From: Segetibacter sp.
Lineage (GTDB): Bacteria > Bacteroidota > Bacteroidia > Chitinophagales > Chitinophagaceae
Direction of reading: 5' to 3'
DNA length: 64,000 nt
NCBI GenBank assembly: GCA_028288485.1
Contig: JAQBNO010000174.1
Span: 59,955-123,954, forward strand
In this document: positions 49,047 through 59,284 of the stretch, piece by piece
Layout of the letters: the number at the start of each line of letters is the position of its first letter
Numbering within the stretch: position 1 is the stretch's first letter
Position numbers and translations under genes: made by a program
Notes under the pieces: generated by a model
Database searches by the model: none
Told to the model about the DNA's origin: nothing
What the model saw: the letters and a program-made list of their open reading frames with translations, nothing else

Positions 49047-51629
49047 ATGAAAGATTTATATAAATGTTCGATTCTCTTCTTTTGGTTTTTTATTTTTTGC
49101 TGTAATTGCATTTTCTCGCAGAGTAATGTCAATAGCGATTCCATTCTTGGTTATAAATCAGTTAAAGCCGGGGCAGAATACAAACGATCTTCTTTTCATA
49201 ACTGGCTAATGGGTGAGAACTATCGAAAGGATTGGACCACACCTGTTCGGGTGCCGGTTTTTTTATTAGATACAGCTAAGGGAGGATTGAAAGCTTATAA
49301 GTCGGGGGGAGGAAATCAAACAAAATCTCTACACGTTAAAACTGCCGGCGGTAAAGAATATGCACTTCGTTCAGTAAATAAGTCGCTTGCCAAAGTTCTT
49401 CCCGAAAATTTCCTCAACACTTTTATCGAAGATATTGTAAACGATGAAGTTTCTATGTCGCATCCTTACGCAGCTGCTACTATACCGGTAATGGCGCATA
49501 ACGCAAAAATTTATCACACCTACCCTCAATACGTTTTTTTACCTCAACAAGCTTCTCTCGATACATTCAATAAGAAATTCGGTAACACTTTATATCTCTT
49601 CGAACAGCGACTTTCGGGCAGTTGGAAGGAAGCAGATAACCTGGGTAATTTCGCCAAATTCATCGATACGTGGGAGTTGCTCAACAAACTTCAGGGAAGC
49701 AACCTGTACGAGGTTGATCAGCGATTGTTTGTGAGGTCGAGATTGTTCGATATGTTCATTAACGATTGGGACAGGCACGAGGATCAATGGGAGTGGGGAC
49801 TGGTAGAAACCAGAGATCAAAAGATCTACAAGCCGGTTCCACAAGATCGCGACCAGGCATATTTTAAGTATAACGGCGTACTCTTGAAGTTATTAATCTC
49901 GGCGGCTCGTTTAAAATATTTCCAGGCTTTTGATAATACCCTTCCCGATGTTAACCACTACAATTACGAAGAAAGAAATCTTGACAGGTTTTTTGCGAAC
50001 AGATTGTGTTTAAATGATTGGCAATCGATCGCGAAAGACTTGCAGCAACTGTTAACGGATGAAGTAATACAGTCGTCAATAAAACGATTACCGCCCGAAA
50101 TATTTGCTGTTACAGGAAAGGAAATTATTTCAAAACTGCAATCAAGACGGCAACACCTGGTTGAATACGCTACTACTTACTACCGCTTTATCGCCAGGGA
50201 AGTCGAAGTTGTTGGCAGTAAAGAAGAAGAGCTTTTTGAAGTAAAAAGAGTCAACGATAATGAAACAGCTGTCAACGTTTACCGCATTTCTAAAAGAGGC
50301 AAAGAAGCTAGTCCATTTTATTCCAGGATATTTAAAACAGGCGAAACCAGGGAAGTGCGGCTATACGGTTTGTCAGGAAAAGACGTTTACATAATTAATG
50401 GGGCAGTAAACAAAGGAATAAACATAAGAATAATAGGCGGTGATGATAAAGATTCTATAATTGACCAGTCTGCAGTATCATCGGGAAACAGGAAAACACA
50501 TTTATACGATAACCACGACAATAGCGTCATTACAGGTAAGGAAACACGGCTTCATCTTTCATCCGATACTGCCATTCACGGTTTCAAATATTTTAGCTAC
50601 CTGTATGATAAAAATAGTGTCGGCCCTGCTTTAAATTTTAATAACGAGGACCGTTTATACGTAGGAGTAAATGCTAAACTAATGCATCATGCATGGCGTA
50701 AACTTCCTTTTGCTTACCACCATGCAGTAGGTTTAAATTATTCGATTTCACAGAATGCATTTAGTGCTGTATACCACGGAATTATTCCTGAATTGATCGG
50801 GAAATGGGACTTGTTACTTAATGGTAACTATGATGCGGTGAGGTGGACGAAGTTTTTCGGCCTTGGTAACGAAACTCCTTTTTTAACCAACGACAATGAT
50901 TTTTACCGGTTACGTAGCGAGGAATGGTCGGCCAGTGTTGGCATTAACCATAAGTTCAAACATAATGACATTACCGTTTCTACTTTCTTTCAATCAATAC
51001 GTTTGATAAACGACCAGGAGCGTTTTGTTTCTAAAACCTATACGCCTGCTTTTCCTGCTATTTATAATGTAAACAATTTCGGAGGGGCGAAAATTTCGTA
51101 CAAATTCGTTCATGTAAACGATTCAGTTGTGCCGGTAAAAGGCTTTGTATTTTCAGGAAATGTGACTTACGCCAATAATATTTCACAGTCAAATTCTTCG
51201 TTCACAGATTATTCTGCTCGTCTACAATTCTATATACCGTTATTGCCTAAGTTATCTTTGGCGGTACGAACTGCAGCCCAAACAATGGCAGGAAACCCGC
51301 AGCTTTATCAGTATGCTTCTGTTGGCGGGCCTGAAACGATCAGAGGTTATCGTCTCGATAGGTTCTGGGGTAAAACTGCGTTTTTCGATGCAAATGAACT
51401 GCGATATATAACAAAAGTTAGGAGTTATATTTTTAATGGGAAAGCGGGTTTGCTTGCCTTTTTCGACCAAGGCAGGGTTTGGATGCCCGGCGAAAAATCT
51501 AACACCTGGCATAGTGGTTATGGAGGCGGAATTCTCTTAGCTCCTTTGGATAAAGTTCAAATAGTAGTAACCTATGGTATTTCTGAAGAATTAAAGTTAT
51601 TTCAGCTAAGGGTAGGGAAGTCGTTTTAA
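49047..51629 (+). CDS. Omp85/BamA-superfamily beta-barrel protein with a non-POTRA N-terminal domain
   Basis: 860 aa with a signal peptide. The C-terminal ~330 aa follow a surface-antigen barrel pattern (GGPETIRGYRLDRFWGK..LLAFFDQGRVW..GYGGGILL..). The N-terminal ~450 aa are of unknown family. Confidence 0.6.
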   Translation: MKDLYKCSILFFWFFIFCCNCIFSQSNVNSDSILGYKSVKAGAEYKRSSFHNWLMGENYRKDWTTPVRVPVFLLDTAKGGLKAYKSGGGNQTKSLHVKTAGGKEYALRSVNKSLAKVLPENFLNTFIEDIVNDEVSMSHPYAAATIPVMAHNAKIYHTYPQYVFLPQQASLDTFNKKFGNTLYLFEQRLSGSWKEADNLGNFAKFIDTWELLNKLQGSNLYEVDQRLFVRSRLFDMFINDWDRHEDQWEWGLVETRDQKIYKPVPQDRDQAYFKYNGVLLKLLISAARLKYFQAFDNTLPDVNHYNYEERNLDRFFANRLCLNDWQSIAKDLQQLLTDEVIQSSIKRLPPEIFAVTGKEIISKLQSRRQHLVEYATTYYRFIAREVEVVGSKEEELFEVKRVNDNETAVNVYRISKRGKEASPFYSRIFKTGETREVRLYGLSGKDVYIINGAVNKGINIRIIGGDDKDSIIDQSAVSSGNRKTHLYDNHDNSVITGKETRLHLSSDTAIHGFKYFSYLYDKNSVGPALNFNNEDRLYVGVNAKLMHHAWRKLPFAYHHAVGLNYSISQNAFSAVYHGIIPELIGKWDLLLNGNYDAVRWTKFFGLGNETPFLTNDNDFYRLRSEEWSASVGINHKFKHNDITVSTFFQSIRLINDQERFVSKTYTPAFPAIYNVNNFGGAKISYKFVHVNDSVVPVKGFVFSGNVTYANNISQSNSSFTDYSARLQFYIPLLPKLSLAVRTAAQTMAGNPQLYQYASVGGPETIRGYRLDRFWGKTAFFDANELRYITKVRSYIFNGKAGLLAFFDQGRVWMPGEKSNTWHSGYGGGILLAPLDKVQIVVTYGISEELKLFQLRVGKSF

Positions 51630-51874
51630 TCCTTGTAGCTGTAAAGCGTTTCCTGCGGGTGCATCGAAACCAGTTAATAATGCTGGTAACAGGCCACTTT
51701 AAAATTGCTGACCCTGAAAGGCCAAAAAGCGAGACGTGAAAAAAGGCGCCTTGACCAGTGGTACCGACCAGCAATATGAAGCGTAACAAAAGCTTTAATT
51801 GTGCGAGTCTACATATGAGAAGAAGCAAAATTTGCAAGATGAAAGCTGCCTGGCAATCAACCACTAGCACACTT

Positions 51875-52600
51875 TTAGCCTAAACTGTTGGTCAGCTTAA
51901 AATACATCACTGTGATCACCGATGCCATTACCAACCAAATTACCCACCGTTTTCTTTTTGTCCTGTAATCTATGTTCTTACTGGTGTGAATGGTGTATAA
52001 TGTCCACACCATTAAGCTTAAAAACGCAGTACCTGAAACTGCAACTAAAATCGTATTGGTAGCTAAATTGACCGTTAGCAGCAGGGCAAGTGAAAAAAGT
52101 GAAAGCACCATTCCATATTTTGGTTTAAAACTGGCAGGCGTATGTTCTTGTACGGGTTGAATAGAATTTAGTAACGCCTCAATATTTGAATACTTTTCAA
52201 CATCTACCGGTACCATAATAACGTCATTTGTTGATGATGCTTTAATAATAAAACTTCCATTACTTGTTTTGTAAATCTCAGAAACATCAGTAACCAAAAA
52301 TTGAATTGCCGGTGTATCTTTTTGTTCTCTTGTAATTGAATTTTGATCAATAGTAAGTGAGTAACTTTTTAGAAATTCGCTTTGTCGCTTCAGTCCCCTG
52401 TATACTCCGTAGCCAACAAGAGCAAGCGTTGCCGGAATAACAAATGGTAAAATGTTAACCTCGTCTTGAGTATGTGGTGAGTTGTGATCTGCAATAAACA
52501 AACCTGCGAACGTTGCGACAAGAAGTAAAGGAACGGTTCTGATTAAACTTTGTTTCATCATTTTCCTGTATGCGTCGCTTTTTAAAATAAACTTTTCCAT
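51875..52600 (-). CDS. membrane protein of unknown function
   Basis: 241 aa. Two N-terminal and three C-terminal TM segments flank a soluble ~80-aa domain. Confidence 0.4.
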   Translation of the reverse strand: MEKFILKSDAYRKMMKQSLIRTVPLLLVATFAGLFIADHNSPHTQDEVNILPFVIPATLALVGYGVYRGLKRQSEFLKSYSLTIDQNSITREQKDTPAIQFLVTDVSEIYKTSNGSFIIKASSTNDVIMVPVDVEKYSNIEALLNSIQPVQEHTPASFKPKYGMVLSLFSLALLLTVNLATNTILVAVSGTAFLSLMVWTLYTIHTSKNIDYRTKRKRWVIWLVMASVITVMYFKLTNSLG

Positions 52601-53111
52601 CTGGCTTAAGGTACTTCTAATGGTGAATTTTGATTGAAAGGTAATTAAAAGGATTAGTAAGCAGTTTTAATCGAAATTGCCGACTATAACAAAGGTTGCA
52701 AGAAATGCTGTTAGCGGGGAACGAAGTTCTACGAAGATATTTGCCATTCGTGTTTCCATAAGACTACCTGGCAGTCGCACACTAATTATTAAAAGTCTTA
52801 CCTGAGTTTAGCAAAAAAGTAAAATGGGAAAACGGGTTATTATTATCCTTTTCGTAATGTTTTTTGTTTGTTCAACTTCAAGAGCACAAACACCTGGTAG
52901 TGTTCGAGCCCATATAGATAGTGCTTTCAATTTTATGCAAAGACACGCTGTATTTGCTCCCGCAATCAAATGGAAAACAGCTGGAGTTGAGCCAGCCATA
53001 GAAGTGCCAGGTGGCGATGATTTTGCAGAGCGCGAAAAAGATAAAAAAGATCGGGGCTGCAATACAGTGGTTCAAAAAACAAAAGACGTAAGCATAGAAC
53101 ATAGTGAAAAT

Positions 53112-53144
53112 AAAAAACCCTTCGAAAAGTTCGAAGGGTTTTTT
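53112..53144. terminator. bidirectional rho-independent terminator after the DEAD-box helicase gene
   Basis: aaaaaacccttcgaa-aag-ttcgaagggtttttt, 4 nt from the helicase stop codon. Confidence 0.65.
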
Positions 53145-53147
53145 ATT

Positions 53148-54419
53148 TTATAAAGCTGCTTTAGTTTTAGCTATATTATTTCGTGACCATGGAATACGTT
53201 CTCTCCTTTGAACACTGTTGTGCCTCGGCACTGCAGAGGACCTGTTGATGTTGTTGGGATGAGACGTCACCATTTTTCCTTTACTGCTATGGAAAGGCTG
53301 GTCTTCAATAACCGGTACCGATTGGGCAGTCAGTCTATTGATGTCTTTCAGGTATGCACGCTCTTCTGCATCACAAAATGATAAGGCAATACCACTTGCA
53401 CCTGCGCGACCTGTACGGCCGATACGATGTACATAAGTTTCGGCAACATTTGGTAATTCGAAATTGATTACGTGCGAAAGTTCGTTCACGTCAATACCTC
53501 TTGAAGCGATGTCAGTTGCTACCAGCACCCTTAGGTCGCCGGCTTTAAACATCGACAAAGCACGTTGCCTTGCCGTTTGTGATTTCTCACCGTGGATCGC
53601 TTCTGCGCCAATATCTGCACGGTTCAGAAATTTTGCCACTTTATCGGCGCCGTGTTTTGTACGGGTAAAAACAAGTGCTCTTTCGATGTTGCTGTCTTTT
53701 AAAATATGCAACAACAAAGAAGGCTTGTTTTCTTTCTCAACAAAATAAACACCCTGCTCAACTTTTTCTGCTGTTGAAGAAACCGGGGTTACCTCAACTC
53801 TTACAGGATTATCTAAAATAGTATCTGCAAGTGTAGAAATTTCGCGAGGCATGGTTGCAGAGAAAAACAAGGTTTGCCTGTTTGATGGTAACTTATCGAT
53901 CACCTTCTTTACGTCGTGAATGAAACCCATGTCCAGCATTCTGTCTGCCTCGTCCAAGACAAACATATTAATATGCTGAAGGCTGATATGACGCTGGTTC
54001 ATCAGGTCGAGTAAACGGCCTGGAGTAGCAATTAAAATATCAATACCATGTTGTAAAGCATTTACCTGCGGTACTTGCGAAACGCCACCAAAAACCACGA
54101 GGTGGCTAAGGCCGGTATGCTCACCATAGGCCATAAAGCTTTCACCAATTTGTATGGCAAGTTCACGGGTAGGTGTAAGTATCAAGGCTTTTATTTGCTT
54201 TGGTCCTCTTTGTTTGGCTTTTTGTTGGTGTAGTATCTGTAAGATGGGTATCGCAAAAGCTGCAGTTTTACCTGTGCCCGTTTGTGCGCAACCTAATAAA
54301 TCCTGGCCGTTTAATACTACAGGAATAGCTTGTTCCTGGATAGGTGTGGGATTGGTGTATCCTTCGGTTTTGAGCGCCTTTAAGATGGGCTCAATTAAAT
54401 TTAAATTTTCGAATAACAA
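53148..54419 (-). CDS. rhlE: DEAD-box ATP-dependent RNA helicase (RhlE-like)
   Basis: 423 aa. Q motif, [15 protein letters not shown] and [10 protein letters not shown] motifs are all present. Confidence 0.9.
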   Translation of the reverse strand: MLFENLNLIEPILKALKTEGYTNPTPIQEQAIPVVLNGQDLLGCAQTGTGKTAAFAIPILQILHQQKAKQRGPKQIKALILTPTRELAIQIGESFMAYGEHTGLSHLVVFGGVSQVPQVNALQHGIDILIATPGRLLDLMNQRHISLQHINMFVLDEADRMLDMGFIHDVKKVIDKLPSNRQTLFFSATMPREISTLADTILDNPVRVEVTPVSSTAEKVEQGVYFVEKENKPSLLLHILKDSNIERALVFTRTKHGADKVAKFLNRADIGAEAIHGEKSQTARQRALSMFKAGDLRVLVATDIASRGIDVNELSHVINFELPNVAETYVHRIGRTGRAGASGIALSFCDAEERAYLKDINRLTAQSVPVIEDQPFHSSKGKMVTSHPNNINRSSAVPRHNSVQRRERIPWSRNNIAKTKAAL

Positions 54420-54654
54420 TTCAATAACAATTTATAACAATAAATGACAACCTTCCAAATCGTATGTGAAGATTGATTTAGATATTCTGCTCATCAAAAA
54501 TGACCAGATGAAACTTTATAGGAGAAGGAAGAGTATCAGGTCTGCTAAGAGAGAGTATATATGAATGGTGCAAATGTACGTCAAGAATGTTTAATGAATT
54601 GATAAAGGTTAGAAGTGGTGGTTTGGCCGTTTTGTTGAACATGCTGATAATGCA

Positions 54655-54830
54655 GGGAATTGCTTCGTACCTCGCAATCACCAACCGATAATTACCCGAG
54701 ATTGGCAACCTGGCGAAGCAAAGCGCTTACGCTTAATAAACCTGCTTTAAGTTGGAAGAAGCTGCTTTGAGCTGGTGCAAGTAGTGGTCGTGTTGATCGT
54801 GTAGGAGATTGCTTCGTTGCTGCCAATGAC
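54655..54830. repeat. cluster of three ATTGCTTCG..GCAAT-type palindromic units
   Basis: gggaattgcttcgtacctcgcaatcac (54655..54681), inverted attggcaacctggcgaagcaaagc (54701..54724) and ggagattgcttcgttgctgccaatgac (54804..54830). Confidence 0.65.
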
Positions 54831-54881
54831 GAATATAACCGTGCAGTGCGGGGAGAATAATAGATCAATAGAATTGAGATC

Positions 54882-54903
54882 GTACAAGTGAGTGACACAA
54901 CCG
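54882..54903 (-). repeat. core-A repeat copy
   Basis: gtacaagtgagtgacacaaccg. Confidence 0.7.
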
Positions 54904-55094
54904 CGGTCGCATGCAGTTCTATTGCCGGCTACACAAAAAAGAAAAAAATGAATGGTTATAGTTAAAAAGGAAACGGGGAACGCACCTTAGTTGTATTACC
55001 CCGAATGAACCGCTTCCTTAAAAATCAATTGTAATGCAAGGACTTATTTGACGATTTTATACTACTTTACAGCAAAATCGGACTAAAGCTTCAA

Positions 55095-55997
55095 TTGATG
55101 AATTCCATCTTTGCCAATTACCTGTTGGTTCCAATATTTACTGTTCTATCCACCATTGCCCTTGCTATCATGAACAAAAAGCAAAAGGTGATGGATAATA
55201 AGAATCTCATTATCTTAATATTGCTAACGGGAATTGTGTTGGGAATGCCGGGATTGTTTGGGATGATGGAACAGGCTTATATACCTTATGGATTTTTATT
55301 TTCGCAGTTTGTATACCTGTTTCTTGGCATCCTGTTCCTGTTCTATCTAATGAGAAGTCATAAAGACGCCCTTGAAAATCACCGGCCTTTTATGTTTTTT
55401 GCCAGCTGCGTTTGTATGCTGGCAGGCGTTTATGTTTTTAAGATCATCTTTGATTTTTTTAACCCTGTTGCTTATAATTATTTAGTAGCGTCTTCCATTT
55501 TTCCTTTTATTATTCCTCTTTTATTTTACTGGGCTTATGTAGCCATTTTATCTATTCCGGCAGAAGTTTATAAAGTATGGCATTATCCCGTTAACCCCGA
55601 TCCAATTGATTACGATAGTATCGATTTCAATAACCTGATGATCATTGAACTGGAGATCTATAAAAAGCCCGATGATAATACACCGCTAAAAATAAAAGCA
55701 AAAGCGCCGCCGCATCTTACTTTCGGTACATGGTTCCAGATGTTTATCGAAGATTACAATTTAAAATTCGATACGAATGGCATCAGGTATCTTAAGCCGA
55801 ACGACGAACCATACGGCTGGTTGTTTTATGTAACAACAGGCGGGTTTAAAAAGAAGGTGTTTATTGATCCCGACCTGACTATTGCAGCAAATAAGATTAC
55901 AGAACAACATACAATTGTTTCGAAGAGAGTACTGGAACAACCAGCCGAACAAATTGCAGAGACTTATAATATCAATAAAATGGCCTCGGTTGTTTAA
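55095..55997 (+). CDS. multi-pass membrane protein with a cytoplasmic C-domain, TssN-like (T6SS-iii membrane component candidate)
   Basis: 300 aa. About five TM helices in the first 155 aa, then a soluble domain. It lies directly adjacent to tssF. The assignment rests on architecture and context only. Confidence 0.45.
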   Translation: MMNSIFANYLLVPIFTVLSTIALAIMNKKQKVMDNKNLIILILLTGIVLGMPGLFGMMEQAYIPYGFLFSQFVYLFLGILFLFYLMRSHKDALENHRPFMFFASCVCMLAGVYVFKIIFDFFNPVAYNYLVASSIFPFIIPLLFYWAYVAILSIPAEVYKVWHYPVNPDPIDYDSIDFNNLMIIELEIYKKPDDNTPLKIKAKAPPHLTFGTWFQMFIEDYNLKFDTNGIRYLKPNDEPYGWLFYVTTGGFKKKVFIDPDLTIAANKITEQHTIVSKRVLEQPAEQIAETYNINKMASVV

Positions 55998-57859
55998 GCA
56001 TTCACTTTTGAAATTATCCGGTAATGGTTAGACATGCCTGAGCGCGTCTCTAATTTAGATTTTAACTGTCCGCATGCGAGTTCCCATTCTGTAAAGTCCA
56101 CTACTTTGTTTGCCGGCGTTAATATGACATCTATTGTTCGTTTTATTCCTTCTTTTGGGTTCCCTGACATTTCATAACCTTTCTTTACTTTTACCGTGTT
56201 TAGCTTGGTACCTAGTTCATAAAAGCAAAAACTGCGGATATCTTCCACTGTAACAATGCGATCCCTGGTTAACAGCCCATATTTAAAAGCATACAATTTT
56301 TCTTCCGCCTTCAACTTGTCTTTTCCGCCCATTGTGGAAGTTAACATCACCAGCGAATCTGATTTTAACGAAACCCCACCTGATTGTTGCAGCCTCGTTC
56401 CTGACCGAAGATTGTTTGCCAGGTCCATATTCGTTGTCCAGTATTCTACAAACATAAGCTCACTGTGTTCAACCGGCTTTACGATCAGATAATTGGGTAT
56501 TTCTAAAGTATCGCCCAGGTTGCTGTTTGTTTTTTGCTCCATTAAGGCAATGAACTGGTTCATTTCTTTTAAAGTACTTGCAATAAAATCGTGTCCGAAA
56601 GCTGAGAAAGCCGCGCTTTCGCTGCGAAGAAGTTCCAGCAGGTAATGGATCATTTCGCGGCCATTCCTGCTGTCAAAACGTTCTAATCCACCTGTTCTTA
56701 ATGTATAGGTTCCTACTTCTTCATCTCCTGGTTTTCTGAATGGTATTGGTTTGTATTTTACGTTTCCATCGGTAAATGACCTGACTGCAAGAAAGCGTTC
56801 GTTATGTACATTAGGAATGGGAATAATGTTACGTCCGCTTCGTAAACGATACCTTAAATCATTTCGCTTACAATTCATTACAGGAAAAGCATTTGCCCTT
56901 ACGGTAATTTCGTTCAACAATTCCTGCTGAATATTTGTTGAGAAAACCACCTTCAGCCAGATTAGTTTATTGGTTAGTTTTTGAAGAACTACAGGTGACA
57001 GCAGATTTATAAAGGCATCAGGATATTGTTTGCAGTCATCACTGGTTACTTCAAACCTCTCGTCGGCAATTGTAATAAATTTTTTCTGGTAATAATTATT
57101 GATATTCTTTTGTGTTGATTGTAGCAGGTCGGTGCTTGTGATATTTACTTCGTCGCCGTTCGGTATCTTTTCGGTGTCGTGCATGCCGGAATGTACCATG
57201 ATTTCCCTGCCGTCGAGATACCACCTCGTAAACGGTAAAAACTGGTAGAAAAAGTCAGCTACTGACGGATCAATGTTTTTGAGATCAAAAAAGAAGCTGA
57301 GACCATTTATGTTTTTTATGCGGGAATTAATAGATAGACCCAGGTAAATACAGCACTCGGTCGATTGTACTCCTTTCGATGCGGCGCCTGCTAACATTTT
57401 ATTCGCTGCCGGATCAAACAGATACAGGTTAGAACCAGAGAAGAGGGAAACAACCTGGGCATCAAAAATCCTTACTTTGTTAACTGCGGTAAAAAACAGG
57501 TCCACCGATGTGTCAAGCGGCCCATCCTGTTTAGAAGCAATTTTTTTTTCAACATAAAACTGGTCCTCAGCGGTAATGGTTTCAGAAGGTTCGCCGGGCA
57601 TTGCCTGCATGATTGCATGGGCAGGAGTTGGGGCAGTAAGCAAGTCAGGGGCAAGCAGGTGAGCCATCTTTTCAAGAATTCTTCCTTCGGCTGTTCTTAT
57701 GTCATTTATAACGTCGTACAGCTCAGCCGAAAGAGCTTCCATCAGAAGCTTAACAAGCGGATCAAGGTCGTCGGTATTTTTAGTGTCCCAATAAGTTAAG
57801 GCAACACGAAGCATTCTTGTTTTAATCGCTTCTTTCGAATTGTCAGTATCAAAAAACAT
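55994..57859 (-). CDS. tssF: type VI secretion baseplate subunit TssF
   Basis: 621 aa. The N-terminal block DPLVKLLMEALSAELYDVINDIRTAEGRILEKMAHLLAPDLLTAPTPAHAIMQAMP parallels the canonical TssF pattern DP.VE.LLE.FA.L...I...LDD.FP......L..L.P.YLRP.PS. It lies immediately downstream of a gp25-like gene. Confidence 0.75.
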   Translation of the reverse strand: MFFDTDNSKEAIKTRMLRVALTYWDTKNTDDLDPLVKLLMEALSAELYDVINDIRTAEGRILEKMAHLLAPDLLTAPTPAHAIMQAMPGEPSETITAEDQFYVEKKIASKQDGPLDTSVDLFFTAVNKVRIFDAQVVSLFSGSNLYLFDPAANKMLAGAASKGVQSTECCIYLGLSINSRIKNINGLSFFFDLKNIDPSVADFFYQFLPFTRWYLDGREIMVHSGMHDTEKIPNGDEVNITSTDLLQSTQKNINNYYQKKFITIADERFEVTSDDCKQYPDAFINLLSPVVLQKLTNKLIWLKVVFSTNIQQELLNEITVRANAFPVMNCKRNDLRYRLRSGRNIIPIPNVHNERFLAVRSFTDGNVKYKPIPFRKPGDEEVGTYTLRTGGLERFDSRNGREMIHYLLELLRSESAAFSAFGHDFIASTLKEMNQFIALMEQKTNSNLGDTLEIPNYLIVKPVEHSELMFVEYWTTNMDLANNLRSGTRLQQSGGVSLKSDSLVMLTSTMGGKDKLKAEEKLYAFKYGLLTRDRIVTVEDIRSFCFYELGTKLNTVKVKKGYEMSGNPKEGIKRTIDVILTPANKVVDFTEWELACGQLKSKLETRSGMSNHYRIISKVNA

Positions 57860-57885
57860 GGAAGTGAGTTTATTAGGTGTTTTGG

Positions 57886-58326
57886 TCAGTCAAGCGAAAG
57901 CGGACTTAAAAAAAGGTTGGCAGTGAAATTATAGCCTTCCCCCGTTTTTTTTACTACTGCTTTCAGGCGGATCTCTACCTTTTTTTTGATCTCCGGGTAT
58001 TTCATGATCGCATTTAATTTTTCTATTTCTGTAAGCATAACCGATACATCAACACTTGTAAGCCGGTTTTCGTGGCTGGTTATCGACTGCAAAATAGAGT
58101 TGCATAATTTTTTTTCCCAAAGGCCCTGGCTTACGATCAGTTCAAAATCCAGGTCCCAGATCTCGCAGCCGAACGTAGGATCACTTCGATGTTCGCCAAA
58201 CCGGGTCATTATAATAAGCTCAATATTTTTAGAAATTGATGCGCCGAGGTCGCAGGTAGGAGCGTCTTTCCCTTCCATCATTTCTGACAATTGTAGTGGA
58301 AGTTTATAGTAAACATTGCTGGCCAT
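57886..58326 (-). CDS. tssE: type VI secretion baseplate subunit TssE (GPW/gp25 family)
   Basis: 146 aa. SISKNIELIIMTRFGEHRSDPTFGCEIWDLDFE matches the gp25-lysozyme-like signature (I..NI..IL.T..GER...P.FG..). Confidence 0.8.
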   Translation of the reverse strand: MASNVYYKLPLQLSEMMEGKDAPTCDLGASISKNIELIIMTRFGEHRSDPTFGCEIWDLDFELIVSQGLWEKKLCNSILQSITSHENRLTSVDVSVMLTEIEKLNAIMKYPEIKKKVEIRLKAVVKKTGEGYNFTANLFLSPLSLD

Positions 58327-58426
58327 ACTAATAAATTAGATTAAATATAAACCAAAATGTAGTTGTAACGAACGGCTAAATGATTTTCTCTTTTTTTGGT
58401 TACCAGCAGCAGTTTTTTATAGGGTC

Positions 58427-58449
58427 ATTGTTGTGTCACTCACTTGTAC
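58427..58449 (+). repeat. core-A repeat copy
   Basis: cattgttgtgtcactcacttgtac. Confidence 0.75.
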
Positions 58450-58558
58450 TGCAGCTTCCTGTGCAGCGTTCCTCTTCTCTTTGTAGAGATAGTGTGAAAG
58501 AAAGATTTAAGATTCGAGCGATCAGCTGTAATCCTTATCTCACTTCGTTATTAAGTAT

Positions 58559-58954
58559 TTATATTTTCATTTCAATCAGCCACCTATGGCCAAACGGATC
58601 TTTTATTTCCCCCTGGCGATATCCATAATCGTAATCCTGCGCCGGTGAAATCTCTATTGCGCCCGCCTCTATTGCCCTGCTCATGTAAGAATCTACATCC
58701 GGAACAAACAATCCAATTGTTGCAGTTGTGCCGTTATGCTTTTCAGGACTAAATGAGCCGGAACGTAGCGATTCTTCATGAATATGAAACATTGCCCCAT
58801 CTATTGATAATTCTGCAACATGTATACTTCCGTCATCGTTTGTCCAACGCCGGTGTTCAATGGCTCCCAATGCTTTTGTATAAAAATCAATGTTTGTAAC
58901 GCCCCTTCTTATAAAAAGCTGAGGTGCAAACACGGTGTTATTTGTTTCATTCAT
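58559..58954 (-). CDS. VOC (glyoxalase / bleomycin-resistance) family protein
   Basis: 131 aa. Paired beta-alpha-beta-beta-beta pattern, with C-terminal GYRQGEIKDPFGHRWLI typical of the PhnB/VOC family. Confidence 0.7.
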   Translation of the reverse strand: MNETNNTVFAPQLFIRRGVTNIDFYTKALGAIEHRRWTNDDGSIHVAELSIDGAMFHIHEESLRSGSFSPEKHNGTTATIGLFVPDVDSYMSRAIEAGAIEISPAQDYDYGYRQGEIKDPFGHRWLIEMKI

Positions 58955-59127
58955 AGCCAGTTGTTTTATTTATTGTACGAAGGAATGTACTTGTTTTTAA
59001 CCGTCTGATAGTAAAGCGTCACTGCACCTGCTATTGTGGCTTCAGCATTTGTTTTTGATGCTTATCCTATCTTACCGGTAAACGGGAGGCAAGCATAAAT
59101 AGCTGCACCAACGGTCAGAATAACGTT

Positions 59128-59204
59128 TGTCGCCCTGGGCGCTTGTCGAAGGGTATCTAATTACTCTTATCGTAATTGGCTTCGACCCGCTCAGCCTGAC
59201 ATCC
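59128..59204. repeat. imperfect inverted repeat of the GTCGAAGGG / CTTCGAC family
   Basis: The arms tgtcgccctgggcgcttgtcgaagggtatc and ggcttcgacccgctcagcctgacatcc are imperfect reverse complements separated by about 20 nt. Confidence 0.6.
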
Positions 59205-59284
59205 AATTGTAGCTTAAGTAAACGACATTGAAAGATAAGTTATAGATATTTATTCTACTTCTTATTCACTCGCATACATACCTG

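Noticed and set aside
52740-52790. Possible extra core-repeat copy (..ggcagtcgcacactaatt..)
   Set aside because: Only the GTCGCAC heptamer matches. The CATCGTTG and TTGTAC flanks are absent.
52824-53153. 109-aa ORF with a convincing signal peptide (MGKRVIIILFVMFFVCSTSRAQ) and an S41-peptidase-like first helix
   Set aside because: It is far too short for that family, and its 3' end reads through the bidirectional terminator hairpin at 53112..53144. It is most likely the 5' remnant of a deleted gene, so I did not call it a functional CDS.
59170-59204. tmRNA-like or tRNA-like start (ttggcttcgacccgc..), and a general look for tRNA, rRNA, RNase P, SRP RNA or tmRNA signatures in all spacers
   Set aside because: The match covers only a few nucleotides. 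No acceptor or T-arm partner, tag ORF or conserved RNase P/SRP motif is nearby. The sequence is one arm of an inverted repeat of the GTCGAAGGG family. I could support no structured housekeeping RNA by eye.
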